Assembly (NCBI GenBank): GCA_965228735.1
Contig: OZ245838.1
Location: 6,432,001 to 6,496,000, forward strand
Direction: 5' to 3'
Length of the DNA stretch: 64,000 nt
Source: Planctomycetota bacterium
GTDB taxonomy: Bacteria; Planctomycetota; UBA1135; UBA2386
Positions within the stretch are counted from its first letter, which is position 1, and every line of letters starts with the position of its first letter. The notes beneath the pieces are model-generated. The model was not told the DNA's origin, did not search any database, and saw only the letters and a list, made by a program, of their open reading frames with translations. Both the position numbers and the translations under genes were made by a program. This document shows positions 38,470-48,774 of the stretch, one piece after another.

Positions 38470-39879
38470 ATGGCCCATTCGCAAGTCGTCCGCGTCTACA
38501 GCACCTACCAGGATCCCGATCACGAGTGCCCCTGGCAGAGCCTGGCGCCGCGCGGCAGCAACGGGTCGGGCGTCATCGTCGGCAAGGGCGAGATCCTGAC
38601 GGGCGCGCACGTCGTGGCCAACGCCACGTTCGTGCAGGTGCAGAAGCCGAGTGACCCGACGAAGGTCGTCGCGAGCGTCGTGTCGATCTGCCACGAGGCC
38701 GACCTCGCGTTGCTCGCGGTCGACGATGCCACGTTCACCCGCGGGGTGCCGGCAGCGAAGATCGGAGACCTCCCGCACCTGCGCGACGCGGTGCAGGTCG
38801 TCGGCTACCCGATCGGCGGCGAGGAGGTATCGATCACCGAGGGCGTCGTGTCGCGCATCGAGGTGCAGCGCTACGAACACAGTCAGCGTCACCTGCTCGC
38901 GGTCACGGTCGACGCGGCGATCAACTCGGGCAACAGCGGCGGGCCGGTGTTCGCCGGGCGCAAGGTCGTCGGCATCGCGATCCAGTCGATGCAGGACGCG
39001 GAGAACATCGGTGAGATGGTGCCCGCGCCGATCATCGAACGGTTCCTGCGGGCGGCGCGGGCCGGCGAGCAGAACGTCGCGGTGCCGGGGCTCGGCATCA
39101 CGACGCAGCCGCTCGAGAACCCGGCGATGCGGTCCTACCTCGGCATGAAGGCGCGCGACTCCGGGGTGCTGGTCACCGCGGTGCAGTACGGCTCGAGCGC
39201 GTGGAACAAGCTCCGCGCGGGTGACGTGCTGGTGTCGATCGGCGGCATGCGCATCGCCAACAACGGCACCGTCCAGTATCGCGATCGCTTCCGCTGCCAG
39301 TTCGACGTCGTCGTCGGCGACTGCTCGGTCGGCGATCGACTCGAGGCGCGCGTGCTGCGCTCCGGCAAGAAGCTCGAGCTCGTGCTCGACATGACGGAGA
39401 TGTGCTGGCTCGTGCCGCGCATCGAGTACGAGCAGCTGCCGACGTGGTTCGCCTTCGGCGGCCTCGTGTTCCAGAAGCTCACCGTCGACCTGCTGCGGAT
39501 CTGGGGCGACAGCTGGTGGGACAAGGCGCCGAAGGAACTGCTGCACCTCTACTACTCCGGCCTCCGCAAGCCGGGCCGGCAGGAGGTCGTCATCCTCGGG
39601 CAGGTGCTCGCGGACGCCGTGAACGTCGGCTACGAGCCGTTCGTCAACGACGTCGTCACGGCGGTGAACGGCAAGAAACCGGCGAACATGGCCGAGTTCG
39701 TGAAGCTCGTCGACGCCAGCGAGGACGAGGTCTTCGTCACGTTGTCGAGCGGGGCGTCGGTCCTGTTGCCCGCGCGTGAGGCCCGAACGGCGAACGAACG
39801 CATCGCGGCGCGCTACCAGTTGCCGGGCGATCGGTCAGCAGATCTGCCACGGCGGCGGGCGCCACGTCGGAAGAAGTGA
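38470..39879 (+). CDS. Deg/HtrA serine protease of the plant Deg2-like type (protease + two PDZ-type domains)
   Basis: TGAHVV, EADLALL, GYPIGGEEVSITEGVVSRIE, DAAINSGNSGGP, FGGLVFQKL, VLADAVNVGY. Confidence 0.88.
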   Translation: MAHSQVVRVYSTYQDPDHECPWQSLAPRGSNGSGVIVGKGEILTGAHVVANATFVQVQKPSDPTKVVASVVSICHEADLALLAVDDATFTRGVPAAKIGDLPHLRDAVQVVGYPIGGEEVSITEGVVSRIEVQRYEHSQRHLLAVTVDAAINSGNSGGPVFAGRKVVGIAIQSMQDAENIGEMVPAPIIERFLRAARAGEQNVAVPGLGITTQPLENPAMRSYLGMKARDSGVLVTAVQYGSSAWNKLRAGDVLVSIGGMRIANNGTVQYRDRFRCQFDVVVGDCSVGDRLEARVLRSGKKLELVLDMTEMCWLVPRIEYEQLPTWFAFGGLVFQKLTVDLLRIWGDSWWDKAPKELLHLYYSGLRKPGRQEVVILGQVLADAVNVGYEPFVNDVVTAVNGKKPANMAEFVKLVDASEDEVFVTLSSGASVLLPAREARTANERIAARYQLPGDRSADLPRRRAPRRKK

Positions 39880-40153
39880 GCCCGGCGGGGCCCGCGATAG
39901 CGCACGGCGCAACCCGACGGACGGTTCGGCGTAACCGATGCGTGGGGCGCTGAGCCGCCGACGAGCGGCCGACGCCAAGATCGACGGTTCGCCGTCATGG
40001 GTCGCGGCCGAGCCCGCGCGAAAGCCTCGCGCTACCCACTTTGCGGCCCTGGGAACGACGCTACACTTCGTCCCGCTTCGGCTACAGCAACCACGCCCTC
40101 GTCTCCCCGGTTCGCTCCCTGGCCACCTGTCCCTTCGAAGCGCTCTGCCCCCG

Positions 40154-42211
40154 ATGGAGTTCCGGTCTCTCGTTCCGTGCATCGTCGCGACCGCCGCGTT
40201 GGTCACGGCGTCGTTGTCGGCTCAGATCCCGCTCTCGGCGCAACGCAGCGACAACCTCTACGAGTTGTTCCCGAGCCGCGTGCACACGCTCGTCAAGGCG
40301 AGCTACGACCCGGACGATCGGGTCAACGCGGTGTCGCAGGGCAACGACGACGGCTTCAGCGGCCTCAACCTCTGCGAGGCCTATCGCTATGACGACAACG
40401 GCACGTCGGTCGCCGTGCTCGCGGACATCGAGGGGCGCGCTGGCGTCATGGGGCTGTTCTTCCGCAACTTCTGGAGCGACTCGTACGGGTTGCCGCGCTT
40501 CAAGTCGGAGAACAACCGCACGCGGTTCTGGCTCGACGACCAGGTCCGGCACGACCTGCCGTTGCTCGACTGCTTCCGCCCCGCGGGGCATCCCGAGGGC
40601 CAGGTCGCGCCGTTCGACGGGCCGTTCACGCTCGGTCGCGCCGGCGCGCACGTGACGAGCGCGCAGCTGCAGTGGGACCAACGGTTCCGGCTCGCGCTCG
40701 ACGACGACTCGTTCGACAACGCCGCGCGCTTCCATCGCGTCGCGGTGACCCTGGCGTCGCCCGAGGGCGACCTGCCGATGCCGGACAAGGCCGATTGGGA
40801 GCGCATCGCGAGCAACCCGGGGCAGTGGCCGCACAGCACTTCGCGGCGCCCGACCACCGTGGCGTTGCCGGTTGGACCGAACGGCGGCACCAACCACGTC
40901 GTGATCAACGGTCCCGGGACGATCCTCGAGCTCACGTTCGAGGTGCCGGAACACGGCGACTGGCGCGACCTCTGGGCGCGCGTCACGTTCGACAACGCGA
41001 CGACGCCGCACGTCGACATGCCGCTGCGCTACTTCGGCGGGATGATCGAGCCGCCGTACACGTATCCGGTGCACAGCCTGCTCATCGACAACGACGGCGG
41101 CACGCGGTGCACCTGCTGGTTCCCGATGCCGTTCCGGCAGAACGCGCGCATCGAGGTCGTCAATCGCGGCACCACCGCGGTGCCGGTGCAGTTCACCTAC
41201 GCCGACGTGCCGGGGCAGCCGCAGGGTGACTGGGGCTACTTCACCGCGTGGTTCCGGCGCGAGATCACGGGCACGGGCGAGCCGTTCGTCGGGCCGCGAC
41301 TGACGGACTGTCGCGGCACGTTGCGCTTCCTCATGCTCGAGGACTTCGCCGACACGAGCGGGCGCATTCCGGACATGAACATGTCACACCTCGAGGGTGA
41401 CCTCTGCATGCGGATCAACGGCACGCGCGGTGACGATCACACGTTCGCCGCGTCGGAGACGAGCATCGGGCGGTGGGGGTGGTACCTCACGCCCGCGGAC
41501 CAGTCGTTCACGACGGACCAGTCGTTCCAGTCGTCGCTGCGGGCGCGCTTCCTCACGCCGACCGTGATCGAGGGGCGGCGCATCCAGGGTTCGACGTTCA
41601 TCTTCGATCCCGTGCACTTCGTCGACGGCATCGAGATCGTGCTCGAGCACGGGCTACAGAACACGTCCAACGCGGACTACTCGCTCGTCGCGTTCTTCTA
41701 CCTGCAGGACGGCAGCGCGCGCCGGCAGATCGCCGAGATCGACATCGGCAACATGAGCCCGACCGATCCGCGCAGCGAGCCGAACAACGACGTGCGGTTC
41801 AACGCGTGGAGCACGTACGTGCAGAGCGGCAACTTCCTGCGCGACCAGTTCTACGGCACGCCGGGCGTCACCGACGACGTGCGGCACATCCGCGATTTCC
41901 TGCGCTTCCGGATCAGACGCCAGCGGGACAACCGCAATCCGTTGACGATCGGTCTGCGGCTCGATCGGCTCGGCGGGCCGAGCACGGGCGTCTGCCAGGC
42001 CGACGTGTTCGTCGACGGCGAGTACGCGGGGCTGATCCACTCGTTCACGCACAACGCCGTCTTCCCGTGGAAGGAGGGCGCGGAGTGCGAGGTCGGACTG
42101 CCGGTCGCGCTCACGGACGGCAAGGCCGGCATGGCGGTCGAACTGCGGCCCCGCGCCGGATCGGACCCGTTCAAGGTCGCGCGGATCTGGGTGTACGAAC
42201 ACACCAAGTGA
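40154..42211 (+). CDS. Secreted DUF2961 (GH172-like) protein
   Basis: Signal peptide (LSA-Q); VLADIEG, GPGTI, DMPL..F, CWFPMPFRQNARIEVVN, LEGD, DPVHF...IVLEHG, YSLVAFFY. Confidence 0.65.
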   Translation: MEFRSLVPCIVATAALVTASLSAQIPLSAQRSDNLYELFPSRVHTLVKASYDPDDRVNAVSQGNDDGFSGLNLCEAYRYDDNGTSVAVLADIEGRAGVMGLFFRNFWSDSYGLPRFKSENNRTRFWLDDQVRHDLPLLDCFRPAGHPEGQVAPFDGPFTLGRAGAHVTSAQLQWDQRFRLALDDDSFDNAARFHRVAVTLASPEGDLPMPDKADWERIASNPGQWPHSTSRRPTTVALPVGPNGGTNHVVINGPGTILELTFEVPEHGDWRDLWARVTFDNATTPHVDMPLRYFGGMIEPPYTYPVHSLLIDNDGGTRCTCWFPMPFRQNARIEVVNRGTTAVPVQFTYADVPGQPQGDWGYFTAWFRREITGTGEPFVGPRLTDCRGTLRFLMLEDFADTSGRIPDMNMSHLEGDLCMRINGTRGDDHTFAASETSIGRWGWYLTPADQSFTTDQSFQSSLRARFLTPTVIEGRRIQGSTFIFDPVHFVDGIEIVLEHGLQNTSNADYSLVAFFYLQDGSARRQIAEIDIGNMSPTDPRSEPNNDVRFNAWSTYVQSGNFLRDQFYGTPGVTDDVRHIRDFLRFRIRRQRDNRNPLTIGLRLDRLGGPSTGVCQADVFVDGEYAGLIHSFTHNAVFPWKEGAECEVGLPVALTDGKAGMAVELRPRAGSDPFKVARIWVYEHTK

Positions 42212-42276
42212 GCCCGCGGGCGGGCTGAAGCGGCGAGCAGGAAGTGACTTAGGAGAAACCAGAGCCATCCACTTGC

Positions 42277-42307
42277 CTAACTGTTCTAGTTCAGCTAGAA
42301 CAGTTAG
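42277..42307. promoter_or_regulatory. YtrA-type GntR operator: perfect 13-bp inverted repeat CTAACTGTTCTAG-N5-CTAGAACAGTTAG
   Basis: AT-rich palindrome ending 4 bp before the GntR start, overlapping a possible TTGCCT-N17-TAGAAC promoter. Confidence 0.85.
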
Positions 42308-42311
42308 CACA

Positions 42312-42770
42312 GTGGTCGTCATCCGAATCGATCCCAGCTCGGCCGAGCCGCTCTTCGAGCAGGTCATCTTCGCCGTGAAGCAGGCCGTCGCGCGCGGCAC
42401 GGGCAAGGCCGGGGACAAGCTGCCGTCGGTCCGTGAGCTCGCGCGCGAGCTCGCGATCAACCCCAACACCGTCGTGCGCGCCTACGAGGTGCTCGAGCGC
42501 GACGGCGTCGTCGTGCGGCGGCAGGGGGCGGGGTGCTTCCTCACCGGGCGCGGCGCCGAGCGTCAGCTCGCGGCGAGCGAGCGGCGGCGGCAGCTCACCG
42601 ACCTGCTGCGCCGTGCCGCGACCGAGGCGTTCCACCTCGGCTTCACTGCCGCGGAGGTCCAGGACGCGCTCGAGCGCAGTCTCGCCGAGCTCGAGTTCGG
42701 CGGCGATGGCGCGGCGAAGGGCCGGGGCAATGGCGACTCGAACGGCAAACAACGCAAGCGGAACAACTGA
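42312..42770 (+). CDS. GntR-family transcriptional regulator, YtrA subfamily
   Basis: IDPSSAEPLFEQV, GDKLPSVRELARELAINPNTVVRAY, GAGCF, short C-terminal domain. Confidence 0.93.
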   Translation: MVVIRIDPSSAEPLFEQVIFAVKQAVARGTGKAGDKLPSVRELARELAINPNTVVRAYEVLERDGVVVRRQGAGCFLTGRGAERQLAASERRRQLTDLLRRAATEAFHLGFTAAEVQDALERSLAELEFGGDGAAKGRGNGDSNGKQRKRNN

Positions 42771-43726
42771 TGAACGTGAACCATCCAGTCGAGTTCGACG
42801 ACGTGCAGCGCTGGTTCGGCAACCGCGCCGTGTTGCGCGGGCTGTCGTTCCGGGTCGAGCCGGGCACCGTCTACGCGCTGCTCGGGCGCAACGGCTCGGG
42901 CAAGACTACGGCGCTCCGGATCCTGCTCGGGTTCCTGCGGCCGCACCATGGCCGGGCCGTCCTGCTCGGTGAGGACACGACGAGCCTGCGGGCCGCGACC
43001 CGCGGTCGCGTCGGCTACGTCAGCGAGGACCATCGGCTCTACCCGACGATGACCGTGCGGCAGGCCGTCGAGTTCGAATCCGGCACGCGGCCGACCTTCC
43101 GGCGCGACTTCGCGCTGCAGGCGATCGACCGCTGCGGGCTCTCGCGCAAGCAGCCGATCCCGCTGCTCTCCCGTGGTCAGCGCGCGCAGCTCTGCATCAT
43201 CCTCGCGGTCGCGGGCGACCCCGAGGTGCTGGTCTGTGACGATCCGGCGCTCGGCCTCGACGTCGTCATGCGGCGCGAGCTGCTCGATGTGCTCATCGAT
43301 CTGCTCAGCGACAGCGGCGCGACCGTGCTGTTCAGCTCGCACTTCCTCAACGACGTGGAGCGCATCGCGGATCGCGTCGGCATCCTGCACGACGGGGCGT
43401 TGCTCGTCGATGCGGGCATGGAGGACCTCAAGCGGCGCGTGCGTCGCGTCGCGTTCGTTCCGAACGGTGATGCCCCGAGCACCGAGGCCCCGATTCCGAA
43501 CGGCGACGACGTGCTGCGGGTCCGCCCGCGGCGGCACGGCGTCGACGTGCTGCTGCTCGATGCCGGACCGGACCGCCTGCGCGAGCTCGCGCAGCACGGC
43601 GAGGTGTCGGAGCCCGAAGCGCTGTCGCTCGAAGACCTGTTCGTCGAGATCGTCGGGCCGGATCAGGGCATCCTGTCGGCGGCGAGCGACGTCGAAGCGG
43701 AGCAGCGCGAGGAGGTGGCGTCGTGA
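42770..43726 (+). CDS. ABC transporter ATP-binding protein (YtrB-like)
   Basis: Walker A GRNGSGKT, signature LSRGQ, Walker B LVCDDP, H-loop SSH. TGATG coupling with gntR. Confidence 0.93.
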   Translation: MNVNHPVEFDDVQRWFGNRAVLRGLSFRVEPGTVYALLGRNGSGKTTALRILLGFLRPHHGRAVLLGEDTTSLRAATRGRVGYVSEDHRLYPTMTVRQAVEFESGTRPTFRRDFALQAIDRCGLSRKQPIPLLSRGQRAQLCIILAVAGDPEVLVCDDPALGLDVVMRRELLDVLIDLLSDSGATVLFSSHFLNDVERIADRVGILHDGALLVDAGMEDLKRRVRRVAFVPNGDAPSTEAPIPNGDDVLRVRPRRHGVDVLLLDAGPDRLRELAQHGEVSEPEALSLEDLFVEIVGPDQGILSAASDVEAEQREEVAS

Positions 43727-45612
43727 ACGGTGCTGACATGGGTCGTGCGCTCCGCAAGAAGGACGCGCCGTGGTTGCTGTTGTTCTCGTTCGGTGGCGCG
43801 ATCGCGCTGCTGACGACGTTCGGTGACAGTGGCTTCTTCAACTCGCTCGTGATGCCGCCTGGTCGGAGCGAGAGCGAGTTCCATGCGGCGTGGATCTGCG
43901 GGCTGGCGCTCGGCGTCACCGTCGCGTCGTTCGACGTCGGGGTCCTCATGGGGGATCACCTGCGGCAACGACCGATCTCCGCGGAGCAGCTGTTCTGGCA
44001 TCGGGTGCAGTCGATGGCACGGGTGCTCGCCGTCTGGTTCGTTGGCGTGCCGATCGCGGCCTGGATCTGGATGGCGACGTTCGAGGGCGCGTATGCCCCC
44101 GATCCGTTCGCGCTCGCCCAGTACTGGATTGCCGTACTGCCGGCCGGGTCGGCCGCGGCGATTGGGTTCGCGGCGCTGTCGTTGCCGCTCGTCTGGTGGC
44201 TGCGGCTCGTCGTCGGCGCCGCGGCGTTCTTCATCGCGTTCTCGGTCGACTACGAGGTCACGATGCTCGCCCACTCGCGGGAGGCCGCATTCCAGGGCGG
44301 CTCCATGCTCGTGCACGTCGTGCTCCACGTGCTGTACACGGTCCTCGCGATTGCCGCGGCGCGCGCCGTCCGTGGCGGTTCGTTCGATCCCGACTTCGCG
44401 CCGCCCGCCGGCCTGCGGTCACTCGGCGGCTTGTTCGGTGTCCTCGCGCTCGCCGCGGTCGGTCAGTTCTGCGTCCTGCAGGCCGAGGTCGCGGCTGCTC
44501 GCGAACTGCGATCGGCGTACCCGCGCGTCGTGTTGCACGACGGTGCCGTGAAACTGGTGGATCCCGAATGGGGCTGGCGCGAACGTCGCCGGCGTTTCGT
44601 CGACCGTGAGCATGCCCTGACGGGTGAGGATGCGCCGCGGGACGAGATCGCCGATTTCAGCAGCCGTCAGACACCGCCGAGTGGCGTCGCGCAGCTCGGC
44701 TTCGACGCGCCGATCTGGCATCGCTACCCGTCCGACGCTGGATTCGGCGATCTGCGGCTCTACCTCGACCACCGCGGTCACGGGTGGCTGCGTGACGATC
44801 GCGGCCGCGCGGCGCTCGAGCCGATCGGCAAGGGCGACGACGGGACGCCATTCATCCCCGGGTCGCGACTTCATCAGGACTGGTCATCGAGCAGAACCTG
44901 CTTCGTGCACGAACCGGGTAGCGGGCGCGTGTACTTGTTCGACCCCGACAACCGCCGGTTCCGCGTGCTGGCGCTGCCAAAGCAAGAGGCCGTGGAGCGC
45001 GTCGGCTATACGGACCTGCCGCTCGGTCTGCTCGCGAGCGAGACGCGGCGGCAGTCGCGAGTCGTCCTGCGTTGCGAGTCCGCGTCCTATGTCTTCCACG
45101 GCGACGAACTCGTCGAGCTGCCGGAGCAACCGACGGAGCAGCCGCGACACGATCGCGCGCCGATCGCCTGGAGTGGCGGCCCGGTCATCCTCCACATCGA
45201 GCTGGAGGCACGCGATAGCCACCCGGCGTTCGAGCACACGTATCGACCGCACACGCTGACGGAGTACGCGCTCGCGGCGCTCGTCGGCGCGCTCGCCAGC
45301 GTGCAGTCGCCGTTCTACGTGGCGTGGTTCCACTCGACGGCATTCGAGTCGCCGAACACCTGGATCTACGTCGCGCTCGCGCTCGCGGTTGCGATCCTCA
45401 GCGGTGGTGTCGTGGGCCGTCGCCTGCGCCGCCTCGGTGCGCCGCCGCGCGTCCGCCAATACTGGCTCTGGCTCACCGTCATCCTCGGTCCGATCGCGCT
45501 GCTGCTGAGCATCTTGTTCGAGCGGCCGCGCGCCTATCGCGATCGCCCGCGCTTCGATGCCGTGCGACCGCGCGTGTTCACCCAACCGGAACTTCAGGAG
45601 AAGGCATCATGA
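43723..45612 (+). CDS. Putative ABC transporter permease with large extracytoplasmic domain
   Basis: About 7 N-terminal TMs, a ~250-aa soluble domain, 2-3 C-terminal TMs. GTGA overlap with the ATPase gene. Confidence 0.7.
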   Translation: MNGADMGRALRKKDAPWLLLFSFGGAIALLTTFGDSGFFNSLVMPPGRSESEFHAAWICGLALGVTVASFDVGVLMGDHLRQRPISAEQLFWHRVQSMARVLAVWFVGVPIAAWIWMATFEGAYAPDPFALAQYWIAVLPAGSAAAIGFAALSLPLVWWLRLVVGAAAFFIAFSVDYEVTMLAHSREAAFQGGSMLVHVVLHVLYTVLAIAAARAVRGGSFDPDFAPPAGLRSLGGLFGVLALAAVGQFCVLQAEVAAARELRSAYPRVVLHDGAVKLVDPEWGWRERRRRFVDREHALTGEDAPRDEIADFSSRQTPPSGVAQLGFDAPIWHRYPSDAGFGDLRLYLDHRGHGWLRDDRGRAALEPIGKGDDGTPFIPGSRLHQDWSSSRTCFVHEPGSGRVYLFDPDNRRFRVLALPKQEAVERVGYTDLPLGLLASETRRQSRVVLRCESASYVFHGDELVELPEQPTEQPRHDRAPIAWSGGPVILHIELEARDSHPAFEHTYRPHTLTEYALAALVGALASVQSPFYVAWFHSTAFESPNTWIYVALALAVAILSGGVVGRRLRRLGAPPRVRQYWLWLTVILGPIALLLSILFERPRAYRDRPRFDAVRPRVFTQPELQEKAS

Positions 45613-47423
45613 GACCCTACGTCTTCGGACTCTCGGCCGCGTGCGCGATGATCGTCGCGTCGGCGGCGTTCTCGCAGGACCTCGCCGACGGCCCGTCGCT
45701 GTCGCCGTTCAAGGACATCCGGCCCGTCGACGGCGGCCTCGAGGTGCAGATCCACGACACCACGTGGTACGCGCTCCTCAAGATCGAGAACGTCGAGACC
45801 GCGAAGCTGTTGACCGAGAGCAAGCGGCTCTGCGGTGGGCGGTGGTGGAAGCGCGTGTGCGAGGACCTGCCCGCGCTGCTGCACACGATCGACGAGGACC
45901 CGGGCCGCGAGGTCGACCTCGTCGTGCGCGATCTCGCGACGGGCGAACGCAAGACGTTCGAAGGCGTCGCGATGACGCACGACAAACGCCAGGCACTGCT
46001 CCACCGCTACCGCGGACGGCTGCCGCGGGCGGGCGCCGAGGCCGCGGATGCCGCGGCCCGCATCCCGGTCTCGGCGGCCGACGTGCGCTCGGACCTCGAG
46101 GCGCTCGAACGGCTGCTGCGCGAGCGGTATTCGTACTTCGACCTGCGCGGCGTGAAGCTCACGACGATGCTGCGGCAGGCGCGCAAGAACCTGAAGGGCG
46201 ACCGCGTCGATCTCCTCACGTTCGCGCGCGAGATCGATCGCATCATGAACGCGTTCGGCGACGGCCACTCCGGCCTGCGCGGCGGCCTGCCGCCCGAACA
46301 GCCGGGCTACCTGCCGTTCCTCGTGCAGCAGGTCGACGGTGGGGTTGCCGCGTTCTTGTCCGACCGTTCGGGGCTCGTCGACGCGGAGCACCCGTTCGTC
46401 ACCGCGATCGACGGCGTGAAGATCGAGCGCTGGCTCGCGGCCGCGGCTGCGCGGGGCCGGCAGGGCTCGGAGATGATGCGGTACCGCGAGTCCGAGCGCG
46501 GGCTGCGAACGATCGGCGTGTTGCGGCGAGATCTGGAGCTGCCCGCGGGCGACACGCTCGACGTCGAACTGCGCGGCAAGGGCGGCACGACGAGCAAGAC
46601 GATGCGCCTGTCCCAACGCAAGCCGATCTACGGCAGCTGGCCGCGCGCGGAGCTGCGGGCCAAGACGATCGAGCGCGACGGCCGGTCCATCGGCTACCTG
46701 CGCATCGGCTCGATGATGTCGGACGAGCAACAGCTCAGCGAGATCGAGGGCGCGATGCGGTCGTTCTCCGCGACCGATGGCCTGGTCATCGACGTGCGCG
46801 GCAACGGTGGCGGTTCGCGCCAGGCGCTCCGCATCCTGTTGCCGTATCTGCTGGCGCCCGACGCCGACCCCGTCGTCACCAACGTCGGCGCGCTGCGACT
46901 GCCGCCGGGCGAAGCGCCGCGCGGCGAGCTCCTGAGCGATCGCGGCCTGCACCCGATCGACTGGGACGGCTACGACGACGCCGAGCGCTCTGCGATCGCC
47001 GACTTCCTCAAGACGTTCAAGCCGTCGTGGCGTCTGCCGCGCGGCAAGTTCTCGCCGCTGCACTTCCTCGTGCAGCGTCACGCCGACAACGAGAACGCCT
47101 ACCACTACGACCAGAAGGTGTGCGTGCTCATCGATCGCGGCTGCTACTCCGCGACCGACATCTTCGCCGCTGCGTTCGGCGTCCTGCCGCAGGTCACGCT
47201 CGTCGGCGAAACGACGATGGGCGGCAGCGGTCGGGCGCGCACGTATCAGCTGCCCGCGAGCGGGCTGCGCCTCAAGCTGTCGAGCATGGCGTCGTTCCAG
47301 CCGAACGGCACGCTGTTCGAGCACTCGGGCGTCGTTCCCGACGTCGCGGTCGAGGCGCAGGCGAGCGACCTGATCGGCGAGACCGACACGGTCCTCGACC
47401 GCGCGATCGATCTGCTACGGTAG
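45609..47423 (+). CDS. Secreted S41-family peptidase
   Basis: Signal peptide; DGHS, IGYLRI, GLVIDVRGNGGG, VLIDRGCYSATDIF, LVGETTMG, GVVPDV. ATGA overlap with the permease. Confidence 0.88.
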   Translation: MRPYVFGLSAACAMIVASAAFSQDLADGPSLSPFKDIRPVDGGLEVQIHDTTWYALLKIENVETAKLLTESKRLCGGRWWKRVCEDLPALLHTIDEDPGREVDLVVRDLATGERKTFEGVAMTHDKRQALLHRYRGRLPRAGAEAADAAARIPVSAADVRSDLEALERLLRERYSYFDLRGVKLTTMLRQARKNLKGDRVDLLTFAREIDRIMNAFGDGHSGLRGGLPPEQPGYLPFLVQQVDGGVAAFLSDRSGLVDAEHPFVTAIDGVKIERWLAAAAARGRQGSEMMRYRESERGLRTIGVLRRDLELPAGDTLDVELRGKGGTTSKTMRLSQRKPIYGSWPRAELRAKTIERDGRSIGYLRIGSMMSDEQQLSEIEGAMRSFSATDGLVIDVRGNGGGSRQALRILLPYLLAPDADPVVTNVGALRLPPGEAPRGELLSDRGLHPIDWDGYDDAERSAIADFLKTFKPSWRLPRGKFSPLHFLVQRHADNENAYHYDQKVCVLIDRGCYSATDIFAAAFGVLPQVTLVGETTMGGSGRARTYQLPASGLRLKLSSMASFQPNGTLFEHSGVVPDVAVEAQASDLIGETDTVLDRAIDLLR

Positions 47424-47427
47424 GCGG

Positions 47428-48765
47428 ATGCTCGCCGCGCTGCTGCTCGCCGTTGCCGCCGTTCCCCTGCCGCAAGGTGACAGCCAGCAGCCGGCGAGCG
47501 GCGCCACGGACCTGCAGGGGGATCTGCAGGGGAATCTGCAGGCCGGCCTCGCGCGGCTCGTCGATGCGTCGAGCGCACGCTCGCGGCGCCTCGTCGTCGA
47601 GCAGCTGGCGGAGAAGGGGCACGCGCTTGACGAATGGCTCGCGGCGTGCCGCGCGTTCGGCGGGTTCGACGGTCTCGACGCCGGGCAGAACCGACAGGTC
47701 GTCGAGCTGCTCGTCGACGGCAACGTGCAGGAGACCGAGGTCTTCCTCTGGGTGCCGAAGAGCTACGACCCGAAGGTCCCGGCACCGCTGCTGTTCTGGG
47801 GTCACGGCGCGGGCGGCACGGGCGCGCGTCAGTTCCGGCAGTGGGAGGCGCTCGCCGAAGAGCTCGGCATGCTGATCCTCGCGCCGACCGAGGGCGGCGG
47901 CCGCTCCGGCTGGGGCTTCACCGGCCGCGAACGGGAGGCGCAGCTGCAGGCGCTGCGCTGGGCGCGGCGGCGCTGCAACGTCGACGAGAACGAGATCTTC
48001 GTCGGCGGCCATTCGCGCGGTGGCCACATGACGTGGGATCTGACGCTGCGATTCCCCGACCTCTGGGCGGGCGCGATCCCGTGCATCGGCGGGCCGCGCA
48101 TGGCGCTCGGCGAACACAACAACCTGCGCTACTGGGGCAACGTGCTGCACCTGCCGATCCGGTGCCTGCAGGGCAGCAAGGACGATCCGCGGCTCTTGCT
48201 CAACCTGCGGCTGCTGTTCGAGGTGCTCGGCAAGCACAAGGCAAAGGACGCGGTGTTTCGCGAGTTTCCCGAGCTCGGGCACTCCTACGAGCTCAGCGGC
48301 GTCGACTGGCGCGCGTTCTTCGCGCTGCGCCGCGATCCGCTGCGGGAGCGCGTGCGCCGCATAGCCGCCGAGCCGGCCGAGACGCGCGCTGACTGGGTGC
48401 GGATCATCGGCTTCGAACGCAACGTGGCGGTCACTGTTTCGCCGCGCGTGAGCGCCGCGGCGTGGGAACGCCTCGACGAGTATGGCCAGCGCCGGCTGCT
48501 CCTCGATCGCCTCGGTCGCCACAACGCCGAACTCGCGGTCCGGCACAAGGGCAAGGGGCGGTTCACGGCGGAGAGCGCCGGGGTCGCGGCGTTCGAGCTG
48601 TTGTTGCCGGCAACGATGTTCGGCAAGAAGAACGCGGTGGAGGTGCGGTGGAACCGCAAGACCCACCGCTTCACCGCCGAGCCGTCGGTCGAGGTGCTGC
48701 TCACCGACTTCGGCGAACGCTTCGACCGGACGTTCCTGCCGGTCGCGCGCATCGAAGTGCGGTGA
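47428..48765 (+). CDS. Secreted alpha/beta-hydrolase (esterase/peptidase-like)
   Basis: VPKSYDP..PAPLLFWGHG, nucleophile GHSRGG, QGSKDD, LGH. Contains a 12-bp repeat encoding DLQG/DLQG/NLQA. Confidence 0.8.
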   Translation: MLAALLLAVAAVPLPQGDSQQPASGATDLQGDLQGNLQAGLARLVDASSARSRRLVVEQLAEKGHALDEWLAACRAFGGFDGLDAGQNRQVVELLVDGNVQETEVFLWVPKSYDPKVPAPLLFWGHGAGGTGARQFRQWEALAEELGMLILAPTEGGGRSGWGFTGREREAQLQALRWARRRCNVDENEIFVGGHSRGGHMTWDLTLRFPDLWAGAIPCIGGPRMALGEHNNLRYWGNVLHLPIRCLQGSKDDPRLLLNLRLLFEVLGKHKAKDAVFREFPELGHSYELSGVDWRAFFALRRDPLRERVRRIAAEPAETRADWVRIIGFERNVAVTVSPRVSAAAWERLDEYGQRRLLLDRLGRHNAELAVRHKGKGRFTAESAGVAAFELLLPATMFGKKNAVEVRWNRKTHRFTAEPSVEVLLTDFGERFDRTFLPVARIEVR

Positions 48766-48774
48766 CCTGGCCGC

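Noticed and set aside
39880..40153. Possible ncRNA or riboswitch in the 270-bp intergenic region
   Set aside because: Only short GC hairpins were seen, with no recognisable RNA family motif by eye. An Rfam scan would be needed.
43225..43265. Walker B reads DD instead of DE in the ABC ATPase
   Set aside because: As far as I recall, DDP variants occur in YtrB-like ATPases, and the other motifs are intact. This is not enough to call it inactive.
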